Source: Utricularia gibba (lineage: Eukaryota > Plantae > Magnoliophyta). From it: a stretch of DNA of 64,000 nucleotides. Position numbers and translations under genes: made by a program. Positions within the stretch are counted from its first letter, which is position 1. Every line of letters begins with the position of its first letter. The stretch is from assembly GCA_002189035.1 (NCBI GenBank), contig NEEC01000011.1, forward strand, positions 3,100,001 through 3,164,000, read 5' to 3'. The notes under the pieces are model-generated. The model was not told the origin of the DNA. It ran no database searches and was given only the letters and a program-made list of their open reading frames with translations. Below, one piece after another: positions 24,211-36,426 of this stretch.

Positions 24211-25157
24211 TTCCACACTAAACCCACAAGCTAGAGAAGAGAGAGATAGCAGCAATGGGTCAACAAGTATTTATCTATATATTCAGTATATTGCAACGCT
24301 CCCAGCTGTAGACAGAAGAAATACACAAGCGCTCTCTCGAATTCAACTCTGTTGGTTTTTTTTGTTATCCTTTTCCTTGTTGCAGCAGGCAGAGGCAGAG
24401 TCACTCCGGATAGGTGAAAGAGAGAGAGCACATGCAGGGGAGTTGGCGCCTGGGAAATACATTAAAATCGCCCACATTCAGTCGCTTTTATCGAACACCT
24501 ACGCCTTCACTATCTCAAATATGAACGCCTCCTCGATGCCATAAACGCCGACCCACCTCTTCTTCCATCCGGGCCCTCCGTCGCTTCCCAACCTCCACCA
24601 TTTTTTCAAAAAAAATCAGCAACATAAAATCCCCCATCAACATCCCGCCAAACCTGGCTCCACGTATACAGGTAGGTAGAACGCCTCCAAGATCCCATTC
24701 TTTCTAGTGCACATTCAAAATAATTTAACAAAATATATTTTTATATTCATTTCAATTCATTATATTTTATTATAAACAAATCAATTAATCGCCCTACAAA
24801 TCCTACCTTATTATAAATTCCAAAATAATAGAAGTCGTGGCCACGTCACCACAATACGGTTACACGTCACACCCAATAATGATAAATAGGGGGATCACCT
24901 ATACCTGATATTTCGTAATTATATAGTTAAGTGTGTTCCCATTAAAACCATTCAAAAATTTATTGACGGGAAAATGAGAAAGACAGGTACAAGTATGATA
25001 AATGGACATATCTATGGATGTATTAATTGGACATTACTAACCGATGTGAGAAATGATATTGTTTTTTTATTTGTAATAAGGTGATGACATGGTTATAATT
25101 AGTTCATTCAGAGATGCAATAATTTTGTCTGTAGCCACCCACGATGGAGTATTCTAT

Positions 25158-25920
25158 TCAGTGGGCAGTCGCATTCCCTGGATTTGGATCCCAGAGGGAG
25201 GGCCCTGGTCTTGAGGCCCCCGCTATGGAAGGGAACCATGGAGTAGTGACTGATCTCACCTTATGGAAATTCTGACAGGGGGTGCTGCTGTTGCTGCTGC
25301 TAAGATGCACTGCATTTTCTTCAGAAGGAAGAGTGGGCACACTGAGGGGCGAGCAAGGAATTGGGAGCTGAGAGATTGAAGCCAGCAGGGAGAAGTAGAA
25401 ACTCAGGGGGGTTGCCGTGTTTTCAGTACACGGTGCGGCAGCGTCTGCTGCCGGAAATTATCATTTCGGCGTTGAAGATAGTGATGAAGCCCTGGAGAGC
25501 TCCCAACTGGGCGACGGCCATTGCCATTTGCACATGCAGTTTGAAACGTTGGCTGAGGAGGCCGGAGGACTGTGGGAACCAGCTGAAGGCTCTCGCTGCA
25601 GAGCAACTTCTGCCTGTTGAGATGAGCTATTGATCCCCAAAAGCTGTCTCTGGTTCAGCCAGCAGCTCCAAGTGATTCGCAAGAAGCTGGATCAAGGTGT
25701 TGAATTTCAGGATTAAGTAGAGATGCAAGTCCAATAGGAATGGTCAGAATTTGAGCATCGCGTTTTCAACATCCCAGACAGAATATGGAAGAAGACATGA
25801 TCAGCCTTAGCAGCATCCCCTTCTATACAATCATGCGAAGCTCAGCATCACCAGCATCTTCTCCTCTTAGTTCAGTTATCCGGCGGCTGGGGATCCTCCG
25901 GCCACCGTCATACTCAGCAT
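25158..25920 (-). other. Unassigned GC-elevated island: possible decayed gene or lncRNA
   Basis: One minus-strand frame is open for about 178 codons except for an adjacent TGA TAA pair; a 3'UTR-like AT-rich tract with AATAAA follows. No recognisable domain. Confidence 0.35.
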
Positions 25921-26269
25921 CAAATGAACAAATGTGCAAAAGAAACGTCTCGTTTTTCACGTGACGACAATTTTAGTTCACGGCCCGACACGACAGAGTG
26001 CCGTACGGCACACGCGGCTTATTTCTATTGGAAGGAGACCAGTACGGCCCGCCACTATGCTTTAGCAGGAATCCAGATATGCCCTCGATTCACGAGGGTA
26101 TATGTCTGGACACGGTATCTGCTGACGAAGACGGAATTCCTTGTTCCACGATTCTGCGTGTCGCTTCGCTAGGGTTTCTTGATTCGTTGATTTGGAGAAT
26201 CTGCCTTTTTTCAGGGTTTTAAGATTTGCGGATCTTCTCGTGTGTCTTTTGGTTGGAGGAATCTGATCG

Positions 26270-28467
26270 ATGGCTGTGCTGCCGAGTAAGGGGTATCCGG
26301 TGGGTTACCGTTTTCGGCCTACAGATGAGGAGTTGGTGAATCATTACTTACGGCTCAAAATCCGCGGCCATGAAAGTGAAGTCAGCGCTATACGTGAAAT
26401 TGATGTTTGTAAGCAGGAGCCCTGGGATCTTCCAGGTAATATAATGATGGGAGATTTGCGACCTTTTTTGAACTGTGGTTCAGGAAAATTGATGGACTTC
26501 AGTTTTTCGATCATGTTTTTTCAGCCTTGTCTGTGCTAGAGTCCACTGACAACGAGTGGTTTTTCTTCTGCCCGAAGGATCGCAAGTATCAAAATGGTCA
26601 GAGATTGAACAGGGCAACTGAAAGGGGTTATTGGAAGGCAACTGGTAAGGATAGGAATATTGTGTCTAAGAAGGGACTGAAGATTGGGATGAAAAAGACC
26701 CTTGTCTTCTATACTGGCCGTGCACCAGACGGTAAGAGAACTCACTGGATCATACATGAGTATCGCGCCACTGATAAGTCCCTTGATGGCTCACAACCTG
26801 GCCAGGTTCGTATTCAAGTAATTGGCCAATCATTCTTCGTCTTGTCAGCAATTGCTTAGCTGCTGAGTGTATTTTAGTCTTCGGTTATGTGCTGTGAAAA
26901 ATAGTGGGAAAACTCTGATTTTGTTTATAGGGTGCTTTCGTGCTATGCCGTTTGTTCAAGAAAACTGAGCTAAAACAGGATGACACCACTGAGATCACGA
27001 ATTTCACAGAAGGTGAAGAGATTGTCTCTTCTGCTGTGCCTGTCAAATATTCTGCTGTAGAGGAGCATTCAGAATCCGTTACCCACATTTTTAGTGCTCC
27101 AGCTGCAACACATCCTCACAGTGTTGGCAGTGGTAATAATTCAAGCTGTGAAAAAACTGTATATGATGATCTAGCCACTGATATACAGAGTAAAAGCTGC
27201 AACACTGATGAAGTGGAGGGGTGTGCTACAGTCCCGTTGATTGAACAAGTAACTTATCCGCTCACTTGTAATGCATGAGGGAGTGCGAATGGTCTCGTTT
27301 TAATTTTTTCCCATTTTCTTTAGCCTTACACAGATCTCGATTCTTTTCTGGAAGATTGGAATATTTTCTCCCCCTTGCATTCTCAGATGCAATCAGAGCT
27401 AGGAAGCTCATTACTTTATGGTGGTTTTACTGGGGATGTTTCCAATGGTTGCTACACGAATGATGCTGACCTCACTAACTTCTTGAACTCTGTGATCATT
27501 GATCCGGAGCCACAGATTTTTGATGGAATGTACTTCTCTTCTTCTGCTGGTCCTAAGAACACGAATACGGTGCTTCCAGACAGTTATTCATGCGCTGAAT
27601 CAGACAGTGAGGTGTCGCAAAAACAGGTAAATATGAACTCAGCTAACTACCTCCTTGGATTCAATGAGACACACAGCAAAAGCTTGATTATGTGTTAATC
27701 TTTTGGTGTATGCTAGATTGAACAGGGACATTTGGTGTCTGATGTGGTTGGTGAAAGTATCAAACATGAGTCATGCTTCCAGACAGAGTTTACCGCTCAA
27801 ACGGCGGACTTTGGGCAATGTGCTGCTACTTTCCATGCCAGCGATGGTTATGATCCCAAAAAACTGCAATTTTCTAACACCTACAACCAAATGGCTCCCC
27901 AAGTGTCAGTTGCGAATAACTTTGCAGCAGTAGAATCTATGCCCATATCTGGGATTAAGATACGGTCTCGTAATAGTTTTAGTCAGCCCAAATCAGGCAG
28001 CCCTGCCATGCAGGGAACTGCTCCAAGAAGAATTCGATTGGTGAAGAAGTTTCAGGTTGGACCAATGGAATGCGCATTTCCTAAGAAACTGATCAGTAAT
28101 AACTCAAGCCATGAAGAAGCGGGTTCAACTGAGGTTAGACTACTTTCCTTTGCTCTTAAAATCATCGCTTAATGCTCTTCAAATAATAACATCAGAGTTT
28201 CCATCTCTGCAGGAGGCCAAACCAGCATTGTCCAAACTGAACACATTGCCTTCTGAGGAAACTGAAGCACAGAAGCTCAAGTCAAATACCACTTTGACAT
28301 CTAGAAACGACACACCTGCCATAAAGTTTGAAGATGTTCGTCCCTCCCTTACACTATATCCAACAAAGCCATCCATGTTCTCATGCCCTACAATGCGAAG
28401 GGTGGTCATGGCTCTTAGTCTCATCCTTGGGCTTGTTGCAACTGTTTGTGCCACCCTTCTAATGTAA
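26270..28467 (+). CDS. Membrane-tethered NAC transcription factor (NTL class), 6 exons
   Basis: NAC domain [51 protein letters not shown]; FSPLHSQMQ; GTAPRRIRL; C-terminal [23 protein letters not shown]. Confidence 0.93.
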
Positions 28468-28742
28468 GCAGGGTTCTAATCCCTCCCTCATGTACAGAAT
28501 ATTTGTGTGCTAGGTATGCTAATGATTGCAGTAGGCATGTGTCTCTGAAATTTTTTGCAAGTGTCTTATGAGATGATCTGGGATGTAGTTACCCTTACGG
28601 TAGCCTGTGTCAAGTGCTGGGGATGTGACTATCGGACATGATTGCAACTGACTTGTCAAAAATTGGCATTGCTTTTATTTTTTAAAAAAGGTGTTTCAGG
28701 AAAGTTTAGCTCAGAAGACAAAAAATCTGAGTGCAGGAAAGT

Positions 28743-29877
28743 TTAGTTGGTGAGCTCCATGATGGCACTGACAATGTCTCCGTTGTGAGTTCTGAGGGCC
28801 CTTACAGCCTTGGCCTTGGAGACAGCAGCTTGAGTCATAACCAGCTCGACATCCCGAGGCTCAACTCCACTCTCATCCACTTCCTCATCTTCCTCATCAG
28901 CCTGAGATACCGCGGACCTCGATACCAAAGAGCTCATGTCAGGGGCTCTGAATCGCTGTGCTGCCTGAGCCTGCAGCTGGGAGCTTAAATCCTGAACCTT
29001 GGCCTCTCCAAAAATGACGTACGTATCAGAATTTGGGCTCTTGAACACATCAGGCTTTGAAATGTAAAACATAGCCTGAAAATGCCATTTTCCAAGCTCA
29101 GCAAAACCACCGACATGAAAAGAGAATGTAATCCAGAGAGAAGTGAAGCAGTGGAACAAACATTTTTTGCACTCCTGATGTTAACTCTGGTCACACCGAT
29201 CACAGGTTTCATTCCAAGCTTCACCACGGCCTTTCGGCTCTTCTTCTCACTTCTGCTTTGCTTTGAATCATCATTCGCATCTATCAAAGTTTACAAGAAA
29301 AAAAATTACTGTTTCACCAATTCTAAAACAAATGACAGTAATTCCATAAAGCTATTGACTAATGGAAACACCCTTGAAAATTCAACTTGATGATGAGGCA
29401 ACACTTACAGGTTTGCATAGCTACCAACAGGCAATTAAGATTGACAGGCAATTCAATGCAAACAACTGGCTTTAAGAGAATGGGGAAACTACTCATGAGC
29501 TTAGTCCAGAAGATTCGTAAGCACCAGGTCATTTACTCTACAGTGATACAGGGATACAAAAAACCACTATTTTTTTTCTCAGTTTAGCAACATGATTGCA
29601 CACCAATGCACAATCCATATCTAACATATATACATTATAAACAACTCACACAAGAATCACCTGCAACAACATTCTCCTCGTCATCACTAGAATCCTCACT
29701 GTGCTCTTCATCTTCCTTCACGTCCTCCACAAAAACATCGTCCTAAAGCCACCGTGAAACGGAAAAAAAAAAGAGTAATTCTTCACATCCAAAATAGAAA
29801 ATAAAGCTTTCAGAGCATTGACAATTTACCTGAGAATCATTCTCGGCAAGATTTTTCTCAACGAAGGGCCCCGGCAT
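28743..29877 (-). CDS. NACA: Nascent polypeptide-associated complex subunit alpha-like, 4 exons
   Basis: MPGPFVE..., [32 protein letters not shown], and UBA-like DVELVMTQA...[11 protein letters not shown]. Confidence 0.92.
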
Positions 29878-30129
29878 CGTTCACACGAACACTTTCACTC
29901 CCGTTCTCGTCGCTACGCGTCCTTTCAAGTCGAAACATTTGCTTCTAGGGCTCCATAAAAGTCGGGCTATTGGGCTCGACTTCCGCTCTCGATCGCGGAA
30001 ACATTTGTTTCCAATTTTATCCCTAACGTTTTCTTCCATTCTGGGTTCGGGAATCTTCATCGTCCGACCCATCGATGTTACCCGGATGCACACCGTATCC
30101 TCCCGTCGACGAGGCGGCGACCGTCTGAT

Positions 30130-30696
30130 ATGCCGCCGCCGCTGCCGTCAACCAATGCCCATCTCATAAAAATCACGGCTTCTCTACACGAGGCTATCTT
30201 CACTGCCTTTTCAGCATTCGTCTTGTTTTCAAGTTCCGCAAAAACCACCTCCCTGTTCTTCCTCCTCAGCAGAGTCAATCTCTCTTTGCCCCTACACCTT
30301 CGGAAATTCCCCAGAATGTCCCTTCTGGTGAGCAGAACCATAGGCCCCAGAAACTCGGAGCGTCTGACCCCTGCCTTCGCCACCCCTCAGTCGTTGTCCG
30401 ATTGGTTAAAGCCGCGGATGTGCGCCGATCTATTGGTAGCAGTGTTTCTGGGGTTTATGGAAACGTGAGAATACTGCCAGGATCATATGTGAAGAAGGTG
30501 GAAGAAGGTTTCGTCATCGAACCCAGGTTTTCCTGCTTGCTATTTTCTTCATATCGTTGATGCTGAGGCAGAAGGCTTGCCTGATGGGGATTTCAGCACT
30601 TACGATACCGAAGATTATGGGGACTTGGATGAGGCAAACGCTGCTGTTTCCTGTAAGAAGCAATACTGGAGATGGGTTGATTTTGATTCGGTTTAA
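30130..30696 (+). pseudogene. Internally deleted, frameshifted copy of a conserved Nudix-like unknown protein (TPQSLSDWLKPR family)
   Basis: The N-part ends FATPQSLSDWLKPRM, jumps to VRILPGSYVKKVEE in another frame, then to SSSNPGFPACYFLHIVDAEAEGLPDGDF...KKQYWRWV in the original frame. The central domain is absent. Confidence 0.7.
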
Positions 30697-30937
30697 ATCT
30701 ACTTCTGCTTTGCTCCTGTATCCGCTGGCTGCAAGAACTGATTTTTGGTGAATGTACGGCAAAATTCGTCAACTGTGAGCCTTTATTAAACATGCTTTTC
30801 CTCAAATCTTCATGCAGCAAAAATCAACTCACTGATACGCATGAACGTAAGCCATTGGCAGGAATAGAATGTGTGGACTCCTGATCTCGAGCTCTACCTC
30901 TCTAAATGACTGCACTTTGTAAGTGGCGCAATTCAGA

Positions 30938-30961
30938 AAAAAAAAAAAAAAAAAAAAAAAA
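30938..30961. repeat. Poly(A) tract of about 24 nt
   Basis: Direct reading. Confidence 0.85.
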
Positions 30962-31088
30962 CATTTGCTTGATCTTTAACTCAGATGTCTAATACTTACA
31001 AGAAGCTGAACATCTAAAAAACTAGCACATCGATTAACCAACTACCTTCAACCAAAATATGTTCATTTCCAACTTTCACTGGGTGTAG

Positions 31089-33879
31089 CTAACGAACTGA
31101 TGAGCTCTCAGGTTGTGGATCATTAGGCATTTGACGAACAAACTGCCCCTTAACTCGGGGTCGTTGCTCAGCTAGCTTCTTCCTGCTTTCGTATCGAACC
31201 TGCAGCAGATACTTGATGTTAGTCATCAAGTGCAGAGAATGTGTGGAATAGAGGTTATAGGTGCATCTCTCTTTGTCATACGTACCTTCTTCTCAAAACA
31301 TCTCTCTTTCCTTTTCAACCGGAACTTTCTGAGAGCTGCTTCCCTGTGCATCGAACTGTGCAGCAGTCCATCCTGAGCATGGTAGTTGACTACATTACCA
31401 TATTCGGATGGAGGAATGGTGATTTGGGCAGCAGTCATGTTTGAATGGCAGGAACTTGCATTAGCACTCTGATTTTTTCCAGGTGAAAGAAGGTTCTCAT
31501 TCCCCAAGCTGTCTGATTTGTTGCCCTGTTTGTTGTCCATATGATCGATGGAAACACAGCAGTTCCGTTGATCCAGGCCGCGTACTTGCACAGTACACGA
31601 GCCCTGATCCATTGGAAGGCGCTGTTGTTTCTGGGTATTTGCCCGATGAGAGACCAGAGAATCATATCCATCAGTACCGCGCTCATCACCTATAACTAGA
31701 TCTGGATGAGGCATCTCTTTATTTGACACGATTTCACCTTTCCCAGTTTGGACTGTTGATGCAGAAAAGTGCTTCTGAGTGGCCACTGATGGATCTTGCA
31801 TCTCGGGATTACACACTACATGGTTATTAGATGCTCCGTTATCCAGCATCCTTTCATGGTCCCTTGGTTCATTACAAATCAACGGGGAGGCTCCTGGCTT
31901 GTTTATGTATCTGAAAGAGAGTTAGTTATCTGCATCAGACTTGAGCTCCATGGGCATGATTACCGAAATCATAAACAGTCAATGAGCATATCCCCCACCC
32001 AAGTGCACGATGTTTTTACTATAGTGAATCTATGAAGAAAACTAAAAAGGAAAACTTATTAAAGAGCAAGCCAATACTGCAGTTCATGCAATTCTATCTT
32101 GACAGCGCACTCACCTTGAAAAGGGAGAAGCCTCTGAGTGATTCAATCTTGGTCTTTTAAGTGAGAGATCCAAATCTGATTCAGCATCTATATTTTTGGA
32201 GCAAACCGTTGAAGAAGAGCTTCCAATAGCAACGCTGGGGTGATTATCCAAGGATTTGATCAAGTCGATTGCCTCTATGGAAGAATCCCTGAAAGTTTTG
32301 CCACTTTGGGAGTTCCTTCCACCGGGACTTCTACACTCTGAAAAAAGGTCGCTGTTTTTTGACTGTGAGAGACCAGGGAAACATTGCACGGCTTCATCTC
32401 CATCATTCCCAGAATCAGGTTTTGTGCAAGAGCTCTGCGATGAAAAGAAAGAAAATACATGAGAAAAAAATTCTTATTCAGAAAAATTATATAAGCCAAC
32501 ATAAAATTCTAATTCCAACAAAAGAATACTCTGCTTGCCAGATTCTCATGTACGGATTATCAAGCTTGATGCATTGTACCTGAGCTTCACTGCCTTTATC
32601 AGTGCATTCCCTAGACCGACAAGCACATGCCTTCTTACAGTGACATGAGTTGTTATCACTGGCAGCATTGTTCTCAGCTATGGTTTCAACCTTCTTTTGA
32701 CGTATACTCTCATCTGATGGTCCAAGGCTAGCAGCAGCATTACTTAACTGAGATCATCAGAAGAAGAAAACAGGAATAAAAAAGCCGACATGAAATGAAG
32801 AGACATCTAAATTCAGCGAGGGCAGAAGGCTGAGACACAGCAGACATCAAGAAAATAATGCACTTTTTTTTTTCTGGCCGAGTTCAATTAGTCTCATCAG
32901 ATTTAGGGAGTAAGATGAACACTTCTTTGGTGGAAAAGCAATTGACAGAACATACAGTCTGTTTCCTCCAAACATGTTGCCACAAATTGATCAGCTCATT
33001 TTTCCTGACAGGCTTCACGAGGAAGTCAGTAGCACCTCTCAGCATGCATTTGTAGACCGTATTCACTGAGTCGTGGGAAGACATCACTGCAATATACATG
33101 AAACAACGGACTCTGAATAAACTGCTTTGCAACAAAAGAACAGGGATTCTTCGTAAAAATAAATGGGTCTTGCATCATACTTATTACTGGAATATGTTTG
33201 CAAGCTTCCTGCTCCCTTATCAAGGAAAGAAGAGCATATCCAGATATCAAAGGGAGATCAACTTCTGTCAAAACCAGGTCTATGTTACATGGCCTTGCTC
33301 TGAGTAGATCCCATGCTTTCAAACCATCCGAAACCGCAGAAACTGAAACATTTGAAAAACAAACAAGAGAGTTATGTAAAAAACTCCATATTTGGAGACA
33401 CCTTCCGTGCCATCCAATAATTCCTCAAAGCCTATTACTTTAAACATCTCGAACTACCCTAAAACAGGATACACATAATCATGGGGAAAAAAAACTACTA
33501 CACATCTCCAACAATTGGGGATAGAATTTGAAAATTTCAAGCAGAAAACTTAGAGTACAACACACAATGAAGATGACGCATTGAAAGCTTCAATTATGAC
33601 ACCAATTTACATAATCCCGGATCAAGACGCGATAGACTCGTAGCGAATCCAGAAAAAAACGGGGCAAAACTCACCTCTGTAATTGCATTTACGTAGGAGC
33701 GCCGCAATTATCTGCCTAGTCGAGTCATCAGATTCCACCAAAAGCACTCTAACGACAATTCTTGGAAGAAGACTCTCCCAGTTCACAACCGACGGCGTTG
33801 TCTCCGCCGGCGCTACCCCCTCCATCAACGCGTTATCACCGATTTTCCCACCTCCGGCGCAGATCACAGCCTCACCCAT
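31089..33879 (-). CDS. PRR5: Pseudo-response regulator, PRR5/PRR9 clade
   Basis: Pseudo-receiver [51 protein letters not shown]; SSCTKP; EAIDLI; DLDLSLKR; CCT domain [43 protein letters not shown]. Confidence 0.92.
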
Positions 33880-34034
33880 CCTCTGAAAGGCGCTTATTCC
33901 TTTAGCAGAATCAAAAAATCGCGTTAGGCAAGAAGCAAAGCATATGGGATTCTGGAACTCGCTCTACAGGTCATTCTTCTCTGGAAAACGAAACCTTTGC
34001 TTAAGCCTTTGAACAGCATGCCCTGTCTCACCCC

Positions 34035-34728
34035 AAAATATCTCCAACCAACGCCTCCATTTTTCCATCAGTTTCCATGAATTTCTTTTATGGCATTTTA
34101 CTACGTACTCTTTTTAACCGCCGCACATCCAACACCCTCGAAGTTTGCGGTATTTGCGTGGACCACGCAACGAATCTTCCAATTTATTATACTTTTACCC
34201 CATGAAAACCCAAAATTCCCACTAAGGTAACTTGCTGTCTTTTTTTGTGTACCTCTTTGCACTCAATTCTTGGACTACTTTTTAAGCTCATTTATAAAAA
34301 TGGTCAATCGTACACTTTATCTTATATATTAAATTAAAAAATTTACATTAAAAATGGTCAAGAATATAGTTTTTGACATGGATGAGCAAGCAAGTAACAA
34401 CTTCCAAGGTCATGGTGGGTACTAACAGTAAATATTAGAAGAACAGGGACTGAGTTGCAAATAAGAATCTCACCCCGGCTCCAAGAAATATCTATCCCTG
34501 CTCCTAACGAGTGGCCCAGAACGGCCACGTCCCCCAGCCAATCAGGTAAAAAGGGCAGCGCCCCTGTCCATACTTGTTATTCAACAAAATTAATAAATAA
34601 ATGAAATTTCTCTTCTTTCGACACGTGAACACCCGCAAGATTAAAATATCGGGCGACCCAACTGGCGGAGTGGGCCCCAGACGAAGATATTTTCCAACTG
34701 TGGTGAGGATGGTGCCACGTGGGATTCG
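34035..34728. promoter_or_regulatory. Circadian cis-elements upstream of the PRR gene (evening elements, G-boxes, LUX site)
   Basis: AAAATATCT at 34035-34043, AGATATTTT at 34685-34693, CACGTG at 34622-34627 and 34716-34721, GATTCG at 34723-34728. Confidence 0.7.
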
Positions 34729-35153
34729 GCGTTGCGCATCATCCGGGACTCGTGGCTCTCGGATCTCCTCCGGTGCTGGTTTATCCTCCCCGAGCTGGAC
34801 CACCATTCTCGTACCTTTCCTATTTTAAATAAATAAAATGAATATTACTCAAAATTATGTTTGATAGATAAATTTTATTAAAATATTATTATTTAGATAT
34901 ATGCATTCAAAAATAAAAATTTAAATTTAGGGGTTTAGGTAGTAATATTTTTAAAAATATGATTTTTCAAATAATTTAAAAATATTTAATAAATTATACT
35001 TATGTATACCAAACATGTAGATTTAGAAAACATTTGAAAAAATTACTTTAAAATTGAAAATTCTAATAGAATAAAAATTGACATATGTTTTGAATTGACA
35101 CGTATTTTTTGGAGTAAGGGTGCACGTGTCAATTTAACAATACGTATTTGAAT

Positions 35154-35354
35154 TCAGTTTCTAGAAGCTTCCACTCTCTGATCCACCGCTTTTAAGTAGA
35201 GAAACAGCACGTAAGTCGTCAGAGACAACGTCACCAAGAGGAGGAGGACGGCGAAGGAGACGCTCCCCAGCAAAGGCGGGCGGTGGCTTCTAGATGTTTC
35301 CGCGGTTTCCTCATCAGGGCCGCTATCAGAGTCGACGCCCTGCTTCGCCTTCAT
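35154..35354 (-). CDS. Putative 66-aa single-pass membrane microprotein (orphan)
   Basis: MKAKQGVDSDSGPDEETAETSRSHRPPLLGSVSFAVLLLLVTLSLTTYVLFLYLKAVDQRVEASRN; GC-rich coding-like composition within AT-rich DNA; no family recognised. Confidence 0.4.
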   Translation of the reverse strand: MKAKQGVDSDSGPDEETAETSRSHRPPLLGSVSFAVLLLLVTLSLTTYVLFLYLKAVDQRVEASRN

Positions 35355-36426
35355 TGCAGCAGATGAGCTCAAAAGCTCCAACGCTTCTTCTCTGCGCTTT
35401 CTTTTTCCCGTCCGGGTATCAGCTTTTAAGCTGCTGCTGATCCAGCAACTCCCCCCTCGGCTTCTTATAGAGCTTCTGGGTTTTGAGTTTAGGCAGCCGA
35501 GTACGTGCTGGTAAAAAGCATGCTGAACTTGGCGCCATGTTCATGTAACGCTGGCCGTACTCCCTCCAGAGTTAGGTTTAACGTACCGCCAATAAGAGGG
35601 TTAATTGCTGCAAACAAGTACCGATCACTGTACTGCAACTTTGGAAACAAACGGTATGGAGTACAATAAACCCCCCATGGTGTACAATGCCTATGGGCTA
35701 TGCCATGCAAACTAGTAAAAATTAGGTTCAAAAACTTGAGTTTCGAAAAAGTTATCAAATTTCTATGAATTTTGGCAATACTTTATTAAAAAAAATCAAA
35801 TTTTTGAGAAATGTAATATTTTAAAATTTTAGAATTTTTTATAAAAATTATTGAATCGAACTAATCAAACCGAGTCAAACCCGGGTTATAAAACAATGAT
35901 TATAGCACGGTAGGAGACTTGGGGCGATTCGGATGAGTCCATCTCACCTTATTATAAATAATATATGGTAGAATTTAATTAAAAGTGAATATTATCTTCT
36001 TCTTTTTTGAACATATCCTTTTATAAAATTTTATTAAATAATGAAATATTATTTACATCAAATGTGGAAAAAAATAATTTTTCTCCGTCCTTTGAAAAAC
36101 CCCAATCATTCATAAACTATGAATCTCAAATTACATTGATACGAAAAATCGATTCGCAATGACAAAAATAATTTTACATCATAAGAACGAACAAATATTT
36201 CAAGCATGAATTATAAGTCAAGATGCTCTAAAAGGGATATAAAGGTAATTATACAATAAATTTGAAAGTAATATTATGTAAAACATATACTTTAAATAAA
36301 ATGAGAAATTACCAAACAGCCCCAGGTTCATGTTTTATTCAAACTCAGATAAAACGTGACGACGTGATCTTTCTCTTCGATACAACCGTGAAAATGGGGA
36401 ATAAAGCAACAGATTTTGTCTGCATA

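Noticed and set aside
25490-25510. GAGAGCTCCC resembling the miR159/319 star arm, and RASSLSS resembling an SPL miR156 site
   Set aside because: The match is only about 10 nt, there is no complementary mature arm or long hairpin, and the miR156 site nucleotides do not match.
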